This document shows, in pieces, positions 21,301 through 35,185 of a stretch of DNA of 64,000 nt. Position numbers and translations under genes: made by a program. Below the pieces are notes generated by a model. The model saw nothing but the letters and a program-made list of their open reading frames with translations, was not told the origin of the DNA and ran no database searches. The stretch's first letter is position 1. Each line of letters begins with the position of its first letter. Where the stretch lies: positions 157,859,741-157,923,740 of the forward strand of contig CM041465.1 in NCBI GenBank assembly GCA_023213395.1, read 5' to 3'. The DNA comes from Cycas panzhihuaensis. Lineage: Eukaryota; Plantae; Cycadophyta.

Positions 21301-24300
21301 TTGGTGGAAGAATGAATATTCCTCAAGGGGTTTACATTAATGATAAGTACTATTATAGAAATCATGTTTTATCTTATGTATCTAAAGTTAACATGAGGGT
21401 TATGTATCAAATCTCTCTTTAATGTACTAATAATACTTGGCCTACATACATAGGCCTTCGTATACATACATGATATATTTATATGAGAGAATTTCTCTCC
21501 CATTGATAAACTAAAGTATTTTCTTTATCTATTCAAATTTACTTTGATATGGTATTAGAGTAGGCCTATTGATAAAATCTTGAGAGAAGACAAGTTTAAA
21601 ATATTGAAGGATTTAATCTAAGAAAAGCACTGAAGACATTCTATGGAGTTTTTAAGAAGAAAAGGATGCAATTTGAGTTCATGAATTACGTTACAAAATT
21701 GTATAGACGAAAAAAAAAAATTAAACGCTCAAAATTTGATGAAATTTGATGCGTAGAATCATCTCATTAAGGAGAATAAACTATTCTAAAGGCACGAGTT
21801 CATATTGCTTTTTGGTAAGTCAAAGAAAGTGAATTTATAAGAGGGTAAGTTTAGAGATTCAAACTTAGATTTCTTTCATTTTTCTTTGAATTTTTGGGTA
21901 AAATCTATCCCAAATTCTTTGATTGCATAATATCTTTCATTTACATGCAAGTTTGATAAATCTTATTAAAGATTTAAGGAGTTTCAAATAATTTTTCTTT
22001 AAAACCCTATTTAGCAATACTATTCTTAGACTTTTTTCTGAAGAAATTAGAAGGCAAATATAAAAAAAAAATTCAAATTTGGAAAGACCATAATTTTAAC
22101 TTTTATTTTAGTCCATCTTCTTTCAAAACCTATACAGTTATATTTTTCCATACAAATCTGTACAAACATATAACCATACAACTTGCTCTATATCTCTTAT
22201 CTTTATTCAATATTTTTTTTAGTATGCATTTAATCAACTTGAAAATGGCTTTAATCTTTTCTCTTAGGGACTCTAATAAATTTACATGACAGAATTACAA
22301 AATTTGGAAGCTGAAGATGTAAGGGCTTTTAATAGCCAAAAATGCATAGGATATAGTCACATGAGAGGAAGTTAAACTCACTGAGATAATATATCTAATT
22401 AGTTGGGAAGAGAGGGATAGAATTGCACTTGTTGTAATTATGTTATTTGTTAGAGATTCCTTATTGAGTCACATAAGCATAGTCATTTCTTTCCCAAAGG
22501 CTTGGAGAATTTTAGCCTCACTTTATAGTAAGAAAACATAAGGCTAAATAATATCTCTGTGAGAGTAATTATATAAAAGAATGAGAAGGTATCTTAAATA
22601 TTATTATTAAAATTAAGAATAATCTAGCCTTTGTAGAAGAGACTATTGTTGATTCTAAATGCGCTCATCTAATCATCAATAAATTGCCAAAATTATTTGA
22701 TACTATGGCAAATATACTTACCATAGGAGGACATATAACTAATATATCCTCTAACACATTGATAGGGCACATGTTGCATCAAGAGCAAAGAAATAAAAGA
22801 TACAAAGAAAAACTAGTATCAAAGAAGCTTTTCTTTCAAAACTAAGTCTAGAAAGCAAGGGATGTTCTAAAAGCACAATAAGAGGATGAAGTAGATCTAC
22901 CAGAGGTTGGAACCAAAATAGGTCCACCTGGTCTCCTAAAGGATAAGGAATAACCATATGGATGGCAGAAGGGAGAGGTAAATCTTCATTTTGAGAATCT
23001 AGAGTCTACTTCCATTATGGAAGGTATGGACATTTTGCTAGTAATTATAAAATGTATAATTTTCCAAACTATTATTATTGAGGGAGTTTAGGATATTATT
23101 CTAATTGTTGTCCATAAAAACAAGATAACATTAAGAGAGGAAAGAGAATAGAGGAGAATTATAATAATGAACAAGTTGAAGAAAGACAAAGGTATTGTTT
23201 TCATCACCGCCTTAGCCATACACACCTACAACAATGAAGACCGGTATATAGACTTTAGAGCATCTAAGTATATCATAGGAAGAAAAGATTGGTTTGAGAT
23301 GTTGAGACCATACTTCATCTACAAAACTATTGAACTTGGTAATAACTTCCCTTTATAAATTAAAGGGAAATGAACAATTACAATCTTAATCAATGATAAA
23401 GTTAAAAATTTAGAGAAGTCCTTTATATTCTGGGTTTAAAAAGGAATCTCTTATATGTATCCCAGTTAAGGACAAAAGGGCTTAGAGTTATCTTTAATTA
23501 AGATGGAAGGTGTCTCATCTATAATATGAAAATAATGGCATTCTAATAACTAAAGGGATCAAAATTGACAATCTTTATAAATTGGTCTCCACTCCTATTT
23601 TGTGTACTCCATTTATAAAATCTCTTATTGTTAACAACCTTATCAATGAAATTTGGTATTTAAAGTATGGACACATTGTAAATAGTGATTAGAGTTATTT
23701 AAAAATTATAATATAGTGAATGGTCTTCTTGAGATGTACTTTGATTCTTTTATATACAAAAGTTACGTGATAACTAAACAACATTAAGCTCCATTCTAGT
23801 AAATCATATGGAGAGCACAAAAAAGGTTAGAATTAGTCCATATAAATTTATGTAGATAAATAATACCAAATTTAATTAATGGCACATAGTATTTCATTAC
23901 CTTCATTAATGATTTTTCCAAAAGAACCTAAGTTTATTTTCTTTTTAGTAAATTAGAAGTCTTAAATTACTTTAAGAAGTTTGAAATACAAGTTAAATTA
24001 GAAAGTGAATGCAAAATCAAAATTCTTTGATCTGATAGAGGAGGAGAATACATCTCAAATGATTTATGTCAACTCTTCAAGATAAATGGGATACAAAAAT
24101 AAATCACTACTCCATATATGTTATAATTAAATGGAGTAGTTAAATGAATGAATATAACAATAATGGAAATGGCACGAAGTATGATAAGTGAAAAAATAAT
24201 AACAAAGGCATATTAGGTTGAAGCAATTAACACAATGGTATATCTTATCAACCAAAGTCCTACTCAAGCTCTGGATCCTGAAGAAGCTTATACTATAAGA

Positions 24301-25219
24301 AAACTAGATGTACATCATCTTAAAATCTTAGGTAATAAAGGTTATGTTTATATTCTTAATAAGAAAAGAAGTAAGCTAGATCATAAAAGTATTGAATGTA
24401 TCATGATTAGGTACAACAACAAATATAAAGTATATAGATGCATATATCCAAAGATAAACAAAAACTATATTAATAGAGTCCTAACTTTTGATGAACATGT
24501 AAATCAAAAGGATAAAATAATATATGGATAAGCTAAAGGAAATACATAAGTATATGTTCCGATTGAAGAAATTTCTAAAGTCACTATAGTAGAAAAAAAT
24601 ACATCAGAAAGTGAACTTCAAGAAAGAAATTAGCAAGGTATTTTTGAACAACAACAAGCCTTGTCTAAGACTTAACAAAATTTCTATGAAGATGAATAAG
24701 ATTCTTCTTAAAGAATTAATGATGTAGCACCAAAAAAGTATCAAAGTGGTAGACTAAGACCCTTAAAGAATCAAAAGATAATATTTTTAAATGACAAACT
24801 AGGTCATAGAAACATCAAAGTTTAATGTGCTTTGCTAAACCACAAGATTACTTTAAAATGTGTGATTACCCAAAATGACAGAAGGCTATGAATGCTAAAA
24901 TTAATGTTATTAAGAAAAACAAGACATAGGAATTAGTTAATGCTCCTAAAGATAAACCCATTATAGGTTGTAAATGGGTATATAAAATAAAAGAAAAAAC
25001 TAATGGAACTATTGTAAAATACAAAGAAAGACTAGTTACAAAAGGTTACACTCAAACTATAGGTATTGATTATGAAAAAACCTTTTCACCAATAGCTAAG
25101 TTGATAATTATATGAACAGTGATAACCATGGTAGCATAATTTAAATGGAATATCATACAACTTAATGTTAAAAGTGCCTTTCTAAATAGTGAATTGACTA
25201 AAGAGGTATATATGGAGCA

Positions 25220-28200
25220 TGTAGCATTCCCAAAAATAAAGAAGAAGTTGGTTTTTTTGAAGAATTAAAAGAAGAATCACTTATTTTATTTTATTATGAA
25301 GTTAATTCTTTAAGAGCAAAATAAAAGATTAGATTTTGAAGGCTATAAATAGAGTAGCTTCCCTTATTTATAAATCATCTTAGAGAATCCTATTGTATAT
25401 TAGAAGAATGGCTTTGTGCCATTAAGGCCTCATGCTTATTTCAAGAGTGTGCATGCCTCGAAGAGGGTTGTTATTGGAGATCTTGTATTAGGTTCTAATT
25501 TGTTGTCAAATCTATTATTATTTACTATTGTTACCAGTGTGTGCATGACATGTAACTCTACTAAACTATGTTTATAAGAGTTTACTATTATAAATGTATG
25601 AGATTTGTTATGAAATACTATGATATGTTGTGAATTATTATCGTCATCTACTGGAGATCGCTTCTATCTACTGGGTGTTGTTGTTTGGGGAGGAAATTCT
25701 ACTGTAAATATGTGAAATCTACTCTGAAACATTAGAGGTTATTACTATGGCTACTGGAATATTACTTTTATTCTATTGTTCTTGAGAATGGCCCACTGCA
25801 GTGGTATCAGAGCTGCATAAAATATAAATATAAGGTTGAAACAGAAATTAGAGCCATATTTTCTATATAAACTAGCATTTGATTTCAATAGTCTAGAAGT
25901 GAATTATAGCAATTAATAAACTAGTTTCATCTAACCAAGAACAAGTTTGAGCAGTCTAGAAATTGGACTCAATAGATAAAATACACATTTCAGCATATAA
26001 GAAAGTTAAAATTATAGTTAGAGAGCAGATTTCTTAGGTCAAAATTTTGATTTCAAATAATAGAAGGTAGTTTCCAGTATTTAGAGGTCTAATTATAGGA
26101 GACAAAGGGCTGGATTTAGTGGTCATAACATAAATTTCAACCATCAAAAGATTTCAACAAGTAGAAGTCTAGTTTCATTGATCTGAGGTCATTTTTTTTT
26201 ATAAATAGATAATTTAAGAGCAAAGTTTAGCAACCTATGTCAAACTAGTAACTATCTGATGTACAACCTATTATATGGTCAGGGTTGCTAATTACAAAGA
26301 ATATTAGCTTGGATCCTATTGAGAAAGATTCAAAAGAATCTACTAAAATAATCATAAGTAATTCAATCTACCTATTCACATAGCGTGGGATATACAACTA
26401 TATGATAACAGTCGTGGACCATATATGAAAGCACCATATCTATGTGGTATTTACAATTATCTACTATTAAAGAACCATTCACTCAATTAAAAATCCAGCA
26501 TTATCTTGTCTAGTGATATGTGCCTCTACTTTGATTCGTCTATTTGATGATTAGAAGTGATACGCATATGTGTTGTGTACCTTGTCATTTTTTACTGTTC
26601 AGATTATCTATGAAGTGCTCAGCTATTGTTCATGAGACAACCATGCATTGCTGAACATTTTGTAATCAAGGGCACTTAGACTTTTTCATCCATAAATCAA
26701 GTTATAGGTGTCACATTATAGGGTTGTTTAAACCATTGGATTCCTAATTCAAAGACAATCACAACATATGGTCATGTGTGATAATTTAGACTAGTAGAAG
26801 ATACAAATTTTGTAAAAATATATTCAAAACTTTTTTATCTTAATGAAAGCACTAATATTAGAAAATGGTTATAAATGGTCAAAACACTAACTAAATTCAT
26901 AAGGGATATTAACATGGAGGAATATAGAGCATATATGAAACTTCTTTTGCAAGGGAAAGCTCTTGAGCGGTTCATTGAGTGGTCTAGCAAACCAAAAATA
27001 TTGAATGATTGGGCATAATTTAAAGTGATGTTAATGAATAATCCATGAAATAGGAATCAAGATGAACATACTCAAATAGCGCATAAATAGGAACCAAAAG
27101 ATAGTTCTACAAATGAGGAACAAGAAGATGCCACTCTCTAGGAAGGTGAGGACAAAAAGGGGTCTAATTACATACAGTGTAAAATATCAAGCAATGAGAA
27201 ATCCACACACATAGAAGAAGACACCGAGTAGATAAGGGAGTAGGATGTAGTTGGCCAAGATGAACTCATTCAATGTTACGAAGAGGAACTTGAGAAGCAT
27301 GAGGAAGAGACCATGTAATCAAGCAAACCCTACAAGGTACTCAAGATGGGTTTTAGTCCTATTTTACATATGCATATTTCATTTGGTAGTTTTATTTGTC
27401 CTCTCTCTTTCCCAAGTTCAATAGCAATAAAAAAGCTTTTTTTCCCCATCCCATAGTTAGCCATAATCCTAATCCTCTTAACTCTAGTTTCTTTGTAGGA
27501 TAAATCCTAATTCCCCTTTGTAATCTTAGATCATCTCTTTACTTATGTACTTCTTCACCCCTGATAGACCACCCTCAATAGGGTATTCTATGACCTTAAT
27601 CCATTCATTAAGTTTCATCCCTTAATATTACTGTTTATAGAACCCCACCTCATCCTTCCCAATCCTCTTCAATTTTGTACTACTAATATTGTTTTATTCC
27701 ATTAAATCTTTTATTTTGTCTAAATATCATTTCTATAAATTTGTTAAAGTCTCTTTTTCATAAAGAATATCTATCATTAATCTCTCATCTATCTTTCCTT
27801 CCTAAGAAGTGTTGCGATCTAATAAAACCCACACAAATTCTCATCTCTGTCCAAGGCAGATTCTAAAATTTTCTTCTTATACTTACAAAGCTATGCCTAA
27901 TCTCAGTTCATAACCCCACCTCTTTTTTTCTTTTTTATAATAAGTAGTTATCAATCCATGACCCTTATGATTCTTTCTCCAAAATCCATCCCATTTGAAA
28001 ATAAAATGTGTAAATGCAAGGTAAGACTAGGACAAGACAATTGAGATATCTCACAGGTCTTATGATTCTTCTAAATTAGAACAAGACACAACATATACCT
28101 AGTCCCAAGAATAAACTTCAAGATGGTTGCTAGTAAAATCCCATAGAAAATGTAAGATCAAGCTAGATATTTATAACATACAAGACTTAACAGGTGGTGG

Positions 28201-28879
28201 TTGGAAGATCAAACTGACCTACAAGTAGTTCTCAATACTTCGAGGGCAAAGTATCATTTTAAGGGAAGGGGAATTGTAGCATTCCTAAAAATAAAGAAGA
28301 AGTTAGTTTTATTTCTTATAATGAAGTTAATTTTTTTGAAGAATTAAAAGAAGAAAAACTTTTTTTATTTTATTATGAAGTCAATTTTTTGAGGGAAAAA
28401 TAAAAGATTAGATTTTGAAGGCTATAAATAGAGTAGCCTCCTTCATTTATAAATCATCTTGGAGAATTCTGCTATGTATTAGAAGAATGGTTTTGTGCCA
28501 TTAAGACCTTGTGCTTGTTGGAGGATTGCACCTATTTCGAAGAGGGTTGTTATTATGGATCTTATATCAGGTTCTATTTTTCTATCAAATCTATTATTAT
28601 TTATTATTGTTATCAGTGTATGCATGACATATAACTCTATTGAACTATGTTTATAAGAGTTTACTATTGTAAATATATGAGATCTTCTATGAAATACTGT
28701 GATATACTATGAATTATTACTGAAATCTACTAGAGATCACTTCTATCTACTAGGTGTTGTTATTTGGTGAGGAAATTCTATTGTAAATATATGAAATTTA
28801 TTATGAAATGTCAAAGGTTATTGCTATAACTATTAGAATATTACTTTTATTCTATTGTTCTTGAGAAGGGCCCATTATA
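25220..28879 (+). mobile_element. Non-autonomous gag-only LTR retrotransposon (TR-GAG/LARD-like, Gypsy-derived)
   Basis: LTRs 25220-25800 and 28275-28879; TSD gagca 25215-25219/28880-28884; perfect PBS tggtatcagagc 25802-25813; PPT aagggaaggggaa 28261-28273; gag remnant LLLQGKALERFIEW..NDWA*FKVML ~26870-27050; no pol motifs seen. Confidence 0.9.
25884..26190 (+). repeat. Degenerate 21-bp (7-codon) tandem repeat, about 14 units
   Basis: TTC/TAT/TTG/CTC recur on an exact 21-bp grid at 25884, 25905, 25926, 25947, 25968, 25989, 26031, 26052, 26094, 26115, 26136. Confidence 0.7.
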
Positions 28880-29899
28880 GAGCAACTAGTAGGACATATA
28901 TTAAAAGGTGAAGAACATCTTGTTTACAAGTTGAAAATGACCTTATACAGATTGAAACAAGCATATAAAGCATGGTATATAAAATTATATCAACATCTAA
29001 ATCAAATAGGTTTCCATAGATGTGACTGAGATCCTGGTCTATATATTAAAATAAATAAAGATAATTTAATAACTATCATTATAGTTTATATAGATAACAT
29101 GATAGTCATAGGAAATGATGATGATATAATCTATAAAATCAAGTTACAGATGGAAAGGGAATTTGAAATGGCATATATGAATTTACATCAATATTATCTT
29201 GATACTAATGTTAGTCAACGAAAGGATTCTATTTTTATATACCAAGCAAAATATATAAGAAATCTTCTTCAAAATTTAAGAATTAAGGATTACAATAGTT
29301 GTGTCACTCTAATTAAAATTGCATGCATTTTGAACACTGATGATGATGGACAACTAGTGGATGAAACCTTATACAGATAATTAGTAGGTAATCTCATCTA
29401 TCTTACAGCTACTAAACCTGATATTTCATATTTCAATTGGAATTGTCTCCAAATATATGCAATATCCAAAGATATTTCATTCAAATGTTGCTAAGAGAAT
29501 TCTCAAATACATTAAAGGAACCTCAACAATGGTCCTTAACTATACCAAAGCTTCAAATATTTAGCTAATTAACTATAGAAACTCAGATTGAGCTGGAGAT
29601 TAATAAGAAAAAAGAACCATAGTAGATTATTAAAAGGCAAAAGGAGATCCTAAAATCAAGGATTGGGTTACTATCATCTTACTAACAAATCTATATGACT
29701 ATGTGGCCCATCTTGTATGTGTTTAAGGTGAAAATTTACACTCTTGGTTATTTATTTAATTAGTTAGAAGATGGTATTAAATTTAAGAGACAGGACATAC
29801 TAGTTGAGATATCTTAAGTATGATGTGATCTATGTCCATGGTTGGTTAATTTTCATTTACAAGATCGCATATTCATTAGAGTTTCCAAGTCTTTAGAAC

Positions 29900-31100
29900 T
29901 TAGTGAGATTCAATGGGAAAAATTATTTAGAGTGGTTAAGAGGCATAAAATCTTATTAGATTTCAAATGATTTAAGGTATTTTATTTCTCAATGATATAA
30001 AGTTCTAGTATCTATTTATCTTGCTACTTAATTAACACCTAATCAAGTAAAGGAAAATGAGGAACTTGAACTAAAAGATAATGACACACTTGGTTGGATT
30101 TATTCTACTTTGAATAATGATGTAATATACCATTATATTATGTTAATATTGTCAAGGAAACATGGAATCTTTTGAAATAATATTTGATCCAAGATTGAAG
30201 AGAAAATACAAGTTTTTTCAAGTAGATTTATAAAATCAAGATTCTTAAGTAGATACAGAAGTTTAGGTTAAGGAATATCAAGAACATCCTGAGAAGGTAT
30301 GTTAAGAAACGGAGAATATATTTGAAAATATTGTTGATGAACCTACTATTAAATGTGAAGAGACTATTATTGAATGTATTGTTGAATTTGATGAGACTCT
30401 TGATAAGATAACTACTATTGAGTATGTCGAGTGTGATAAACTAGTTACTATTATTGGATGTGAAGAATCTACTAATGACTTTAATCAAGTAATTTAACAT
30501 CTTAAAGTTTCTTTAGATGATCCTATTACTTTAATGAAGATTGTACTTAAAGTTACAGATGAATCAAATTTACTTATATCTATTGATATTACTAATGAAT
30601 CAAATTCAAGTGTAGTTTCTATTTTGAATATTAATTCAAATTTAAGTATACAAGTTTTGAAAGATGATTTTGACTATTCAAATAATAAGAATGATTTGCA
30701 AGTTGATAAAGATAAACAAAGTGTGTTTAGGCCTAATCTAGGAGGTATTCTTGATACAAATTTTGATAAGAGAATGAAAAGATCTCAAGTGACTTAAAAT
30801 AATGAACTTCAAGTAAATCACAAGGAAGTTGAAGCAAAGGTTCATGATCTGAGAGAGATACTACAAGATCTACATCAAAATTAGAATGAACTTACATAGA
30901 TTCAATATGATAGTCAAAATACTATATAGAAAATGAAGAACTTGATTTTACAAAGAAAAATGAAGCATATTAAGATAAAGTGTCATTACTACATTCAAGA
31001 GTTGATATAATAAAGACAAGTTGAAGATCAAATTGAATACCAATCTCTAAATATCATCTTCAAGATATTTTCAAATATCAAACGTTGTAAATTCAAAGTA
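29900..31100 (+). pseudogene. Copia-derived remnant: gag N-terminus, acidic stretch, RNase H C-terminal part
   Basis: RFNGKNYLEWLRGIKSY (DUF4219-like) and KDNDTLGWIYSTL (UBN2-like); later IQYDSQNTI*KMKNLILQRKMKHIKIKCHYYIQELI (Copia RNase H). Confidence 0.65.
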
Positions 31101-31479
31101 ATATCTATATTCCCAAATATACATTATAGGAAAGCATTGAAATAACTTTGCTTACACTTTACGAGGTAAAATGGGAATGCACATTTATGAAATTAATTTG
31201 TATTATAATGTTGGTATTTTGTGGTGGGTCCCATACATAGCCAAGTTATGTATTATAAATATACACTCAATGTATCATATTAATATATTGATATAATAAA
31301 GTTCTTATAGTCTTAATCCAAGTTGAAGTACTTTAAGGATACCATTGTGATCCTAGTGGTTGTTGTTGTTCTTTCATTTGTGTATTATTAATTTTTTTTA
31401 ATTTTATTTTTCTATAATATGGTCAAGTCATGAGGTTCTAATTGACACACTTAACTAATGTCTTCCTTAAGGGATTTTA

Positions 31480-31800
31480 GGTTCCTCCTTTTTACCTTTA
31501 TCTTAAGTCTTAGGTTTCTCACATGGAAATTTAATACTTATTCATATTATAATTTCACCTTATTAAGTAGTCTTTCAAAATATTTTATGTATTCTACAAT
31601 TAATAATTCTTCTTAGAATATATGAGCTAATTATATATGATAAGGGCCTCCCCAATTTTTCATTATTTGTATAAGGAACTTATTTTTAAAATTTTCAAAA
31701 GATGGTTCTTATTTTATCACTACTACATCAAACCAAACTTTTTTCCATGTAATTGTGATCAAATAGCACATCAAATTTTGCATCCATAAAGGCACATTCT
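31480..31800 (-). pseudogene. Gypsy gag remnant
   Basis: Minus strand reads SFENFKNKFL..IVEYIKYFERLLNKV, resembling retrotransposon gag. Confidence 0.4.
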
Positions 31801-34800
31801 AACTTTGGATGTCCACCGTTAAATCTATAATTGGGGATGTTTATTTGTTATTTTATCTTATACTAATATGTGTTATTTTTCTAAGGATTACCTTGGATGT
31901 TCCATTTGCTTAAGAGGTTCTAAGCAACTTGAGTTCTATCCTTTCATCTCATTTAAGTTCAAAGTTATCTACCATTCTAGTTTTTTGTTGAGATAATTAA
32001 TTCTAGTTTTTATTTTATTGTTGATATTATCTATTAATTCTTGCATTTTTCTTTATTTGGATTTTAGGTCTCAGAGTTCTACATTTAGATTATAATTTGG
32101 ATTTTTTAGACCCATTTATATTTTTAATGCTTTAGTAATGAGGTTAAAGTTATATGAATTGGAGTCAAATATCACCTCCATTGTTACTTACTTGGGCAAT
32201 GCCTTTTGTTATAAAAAACATGGTTACTAAGTAAAATATATAGCTTATGATCAAAATTTAAGTAAGGTTTTATGCTAATTTATAGGGTCGTTAAGGGTGA
32301 GTTGATAGGCCTAGACTAATTAAGATAGTACTAAGAGTTAGAGAAAGTAATCTAATAAGCATTTAAATGAGCATAAGGAGCTTAGTTTTGGAAATGAAAG
32401 AAAACAAATTTATGCCATTAAACCAAATTTTATGAAAGTAATAAAATTAAAAGACTAGGTTAGTTACTCTTATCACCTAAATTTAAAATGAGGAAAATAG
32501 ATCTATTTATTAATTTGATCAAAGTGATTATAGGAAAAGTTATAAAAGAATTTAAATTCAAGTGTAATAAAAATATTCATATCATAATTAGTTAAATGAA
32601 AGCTAAAAATGGGGAGTAGAATTACTTCCAAAGAGATCAAATTCAAGCTAGAATGACAAATAATAAATTAAAATGTATATTATAAGGGGCTAAAAATGAT
32701 CATGGAGAAATAAAATTAAATTTAAAATTTATTGCAAACAAAATAATAGATGAAAATATTTAATAAATTAATATCAAAGCAATTATATTAAAGGGGGATT
32801 ATTGAAATAAAAATCCTCTGAGAATATTCTTTAATCATTCTATTTTTAATAAATTTTAAGACCTAAATTTAGAGTTATACTCAGTCTTTAATATCCATTA
32901 ATGATGTGTCTACACTATGGTAAAACCACAGTGGCTTTAATCTCTATTAGAGGTATGTATAGATGCTCCCCCAAACTCTTTGAGTTCCCAACATTTGAAT
33001 CTTGTGATATATCATCTTGTGTGATATGCCTTTCCCTTGAATGCATATTATCATCATTATAATTACTTTATCTTGAGTTCATATGGACTTTGCTATGGAA
33101 GGCCTAGGTCATGGATTTAACAAATAAACTAGAAAAAACATAGATTTAATTAAAGAACAAATGGATAATAAGTTAAATAATGCATGTTTATTTCAAGAAC
33201 ATGCAAACTAATGGAAATATCTAAAGATAAGTGCAAATCTAATAATGTTAATTTCCACAAAGTCACTATTAAATAGTATTAGTCTACGATGTTTAAGAAA
33301 CTTTCACTCCATTGGGTGGTGGGTTCACAACATTCACATTTAACTTCAATTAGGGGCCTCCTCATAGGATTTACCAAATTCTATTGACTTCATAAGTTAC
33401 AATCATAAATAGGTTTCCAAATGTGTAAATCGGGCCCATATTACTCTTTTGTTACTCGTGGTTGACACCTTTTCCTATTGTGATGACTCGAGTAACAAGT
33501 TTAATGATTTTGGCCTATAATGGTTGATGAATGCAAACTTAACACATATGTCCCAAACACATTGTCAAATATAGTACAAACATAAAATGGGCCTAACTCA
33601 AATAAACAAAATTAATCTTTGTGACTATAAGGACTATCACATGTATGAAAAAGGACCTAGTGCTTAGACAAACATGAGTATAATACAACTGATAATTATA
33701 GGGAGCTTCAGTCACAACCCTACAATAATATTGATCCTAGATGAAATAAATATATGCAAATGAAAACTTAGGCCTTGATGATCGTAATTATAGAATTAAG
33801 TCTTGAGCTAATACCTAATGTTTTTCTTCCACTTCAATGAAGCTTAAAGATAAATAGAGATGACAAATGCAAACACCAAATAAAAAATAAAAAGGAATGA
33901 AAGATGTAAAGAGTGAAGAGCAATAGTGAACAAAGACAATGACTTTAATCATTTATGGTGATATGTGATAATAAATGCCATACGGTAGAATGAAAATCAC
34001 ACATTTATCTTTAGATGGAGCAACCTTAAATAAGTAATAAATGTTAGTAGATGGAGAGGGAGGAGGAGATTGTCTGACTAAATTCCGCTTCTCAAGTCGT
34101 CATATGATCTTACCAATCATGTAAGCTTATATTATTCTTAACACTTCATATGCTTACACTCCTTTAGAGGTATCACTCTTGTCTTGATTTTGAATGGGAT
34201 AATTGAATGATAAACACTAGCTAAATTGTGGATTTAGAATGTGTAATAAAGCTTTAGGCCAATTTCCAGTGATGCTCCAATAATTTATGGGCTTCTTTGA
34301 AGACTTCAACATGTTAACACCAAGATTCTAAGTACAAAATCAAGCATATAAACTCTTCTGTATATGGGAAATTGACAACTATACTACAAAAAATATGGTT
34401 TTGTCTAAATTATACACTAGTTATTTTCAACATCTTGAGTTACAATGGTCTAGTTGGGATAGGAGAAGCACTCCATTATACCTCAAGAGGGTGGTGAAAA
34501 GAAAAATCATATGCTTATACTATTGCACTTGTGCCTACCCCTACTGCTTCAACCATTAGAAACCTCATTCCATAATTAGAGACTACTAAAATCTTAATGT
34601 CTACGACTAAGCTCCAACTATTATACATAAAATATGGACTCCTTACATGCACTAGAACCTATATGGTTATCACAATGATGGAGGAAAGTAGGCTCAAATA
34701 CTACTTTTAATGGCACCTGCCACTACCACACAACTATGGGACTTTGTTCAAGTGAGTACCTCCTTAGTGGATTGTTGAATGGAAAAATGATAAGTCATGC

Positions 34801-34830
34801 ATTAATCTATGTCATACTATACTAAGTAAT

Positions 34831-34832
<2 letters not shown>

Positions 34833-34890
<58 letters not shown>
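34833..34890. repeat. (TG)29 microsatellite
   Basis: Direct reading. Confidence 0.97.
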
Positions 34891-34893
<3 letters not shown>

Positions 34894-35185
34894 TATTATA
34901 GTTGTGGTCAACTTGGGGTGAGAACCATGACATATTTTTTAGCATAGGTATGTATTCGAATACATTTATATTGAATTGTCATATCACTATTGGTTGTCAT
35001 TCACAGCTCATGAATGTTTTATGTTTGGATCACATGAATTATTAGGTACTATTACATAAATTATTTTGATAAAAGTTATATTCCTCATGAATGTAGTCTT
35101 TCCCTTTAACTTAAATCTATCATTAATTAATAATTCACCATTTATGTGTGGGATTGTTATTTTCATTTTGTTCGTAAATATTTAT

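Larger units (their letters stand above)
21351..29630 (+). mobile_element. Decayed Ty1/Copia element (Copia-2), interrupted in RT by the element at 25220-28879 and truncated in RNase H
   Basis: 5' LTR 21351-21549; PBS tggtattagagt 21550-21561; gag from ~22245 (NKFT*QNYKIWKLKM); protease RYIDFRASKYIIGRKDWF; integrase YLINQSPTQAL; RT LNVKSAFLNSELTKEVYMEQ resumes after the insertion; SD*AGD at ~29585. Confidence 0.88.

Noticed and set aside
33449-33498. Inverted repeat ttgttactcg..cgagtaacaa
   Set aside because: Only a 10-bp stem, with no TSD or other support for a MITE or RNA hairpin.
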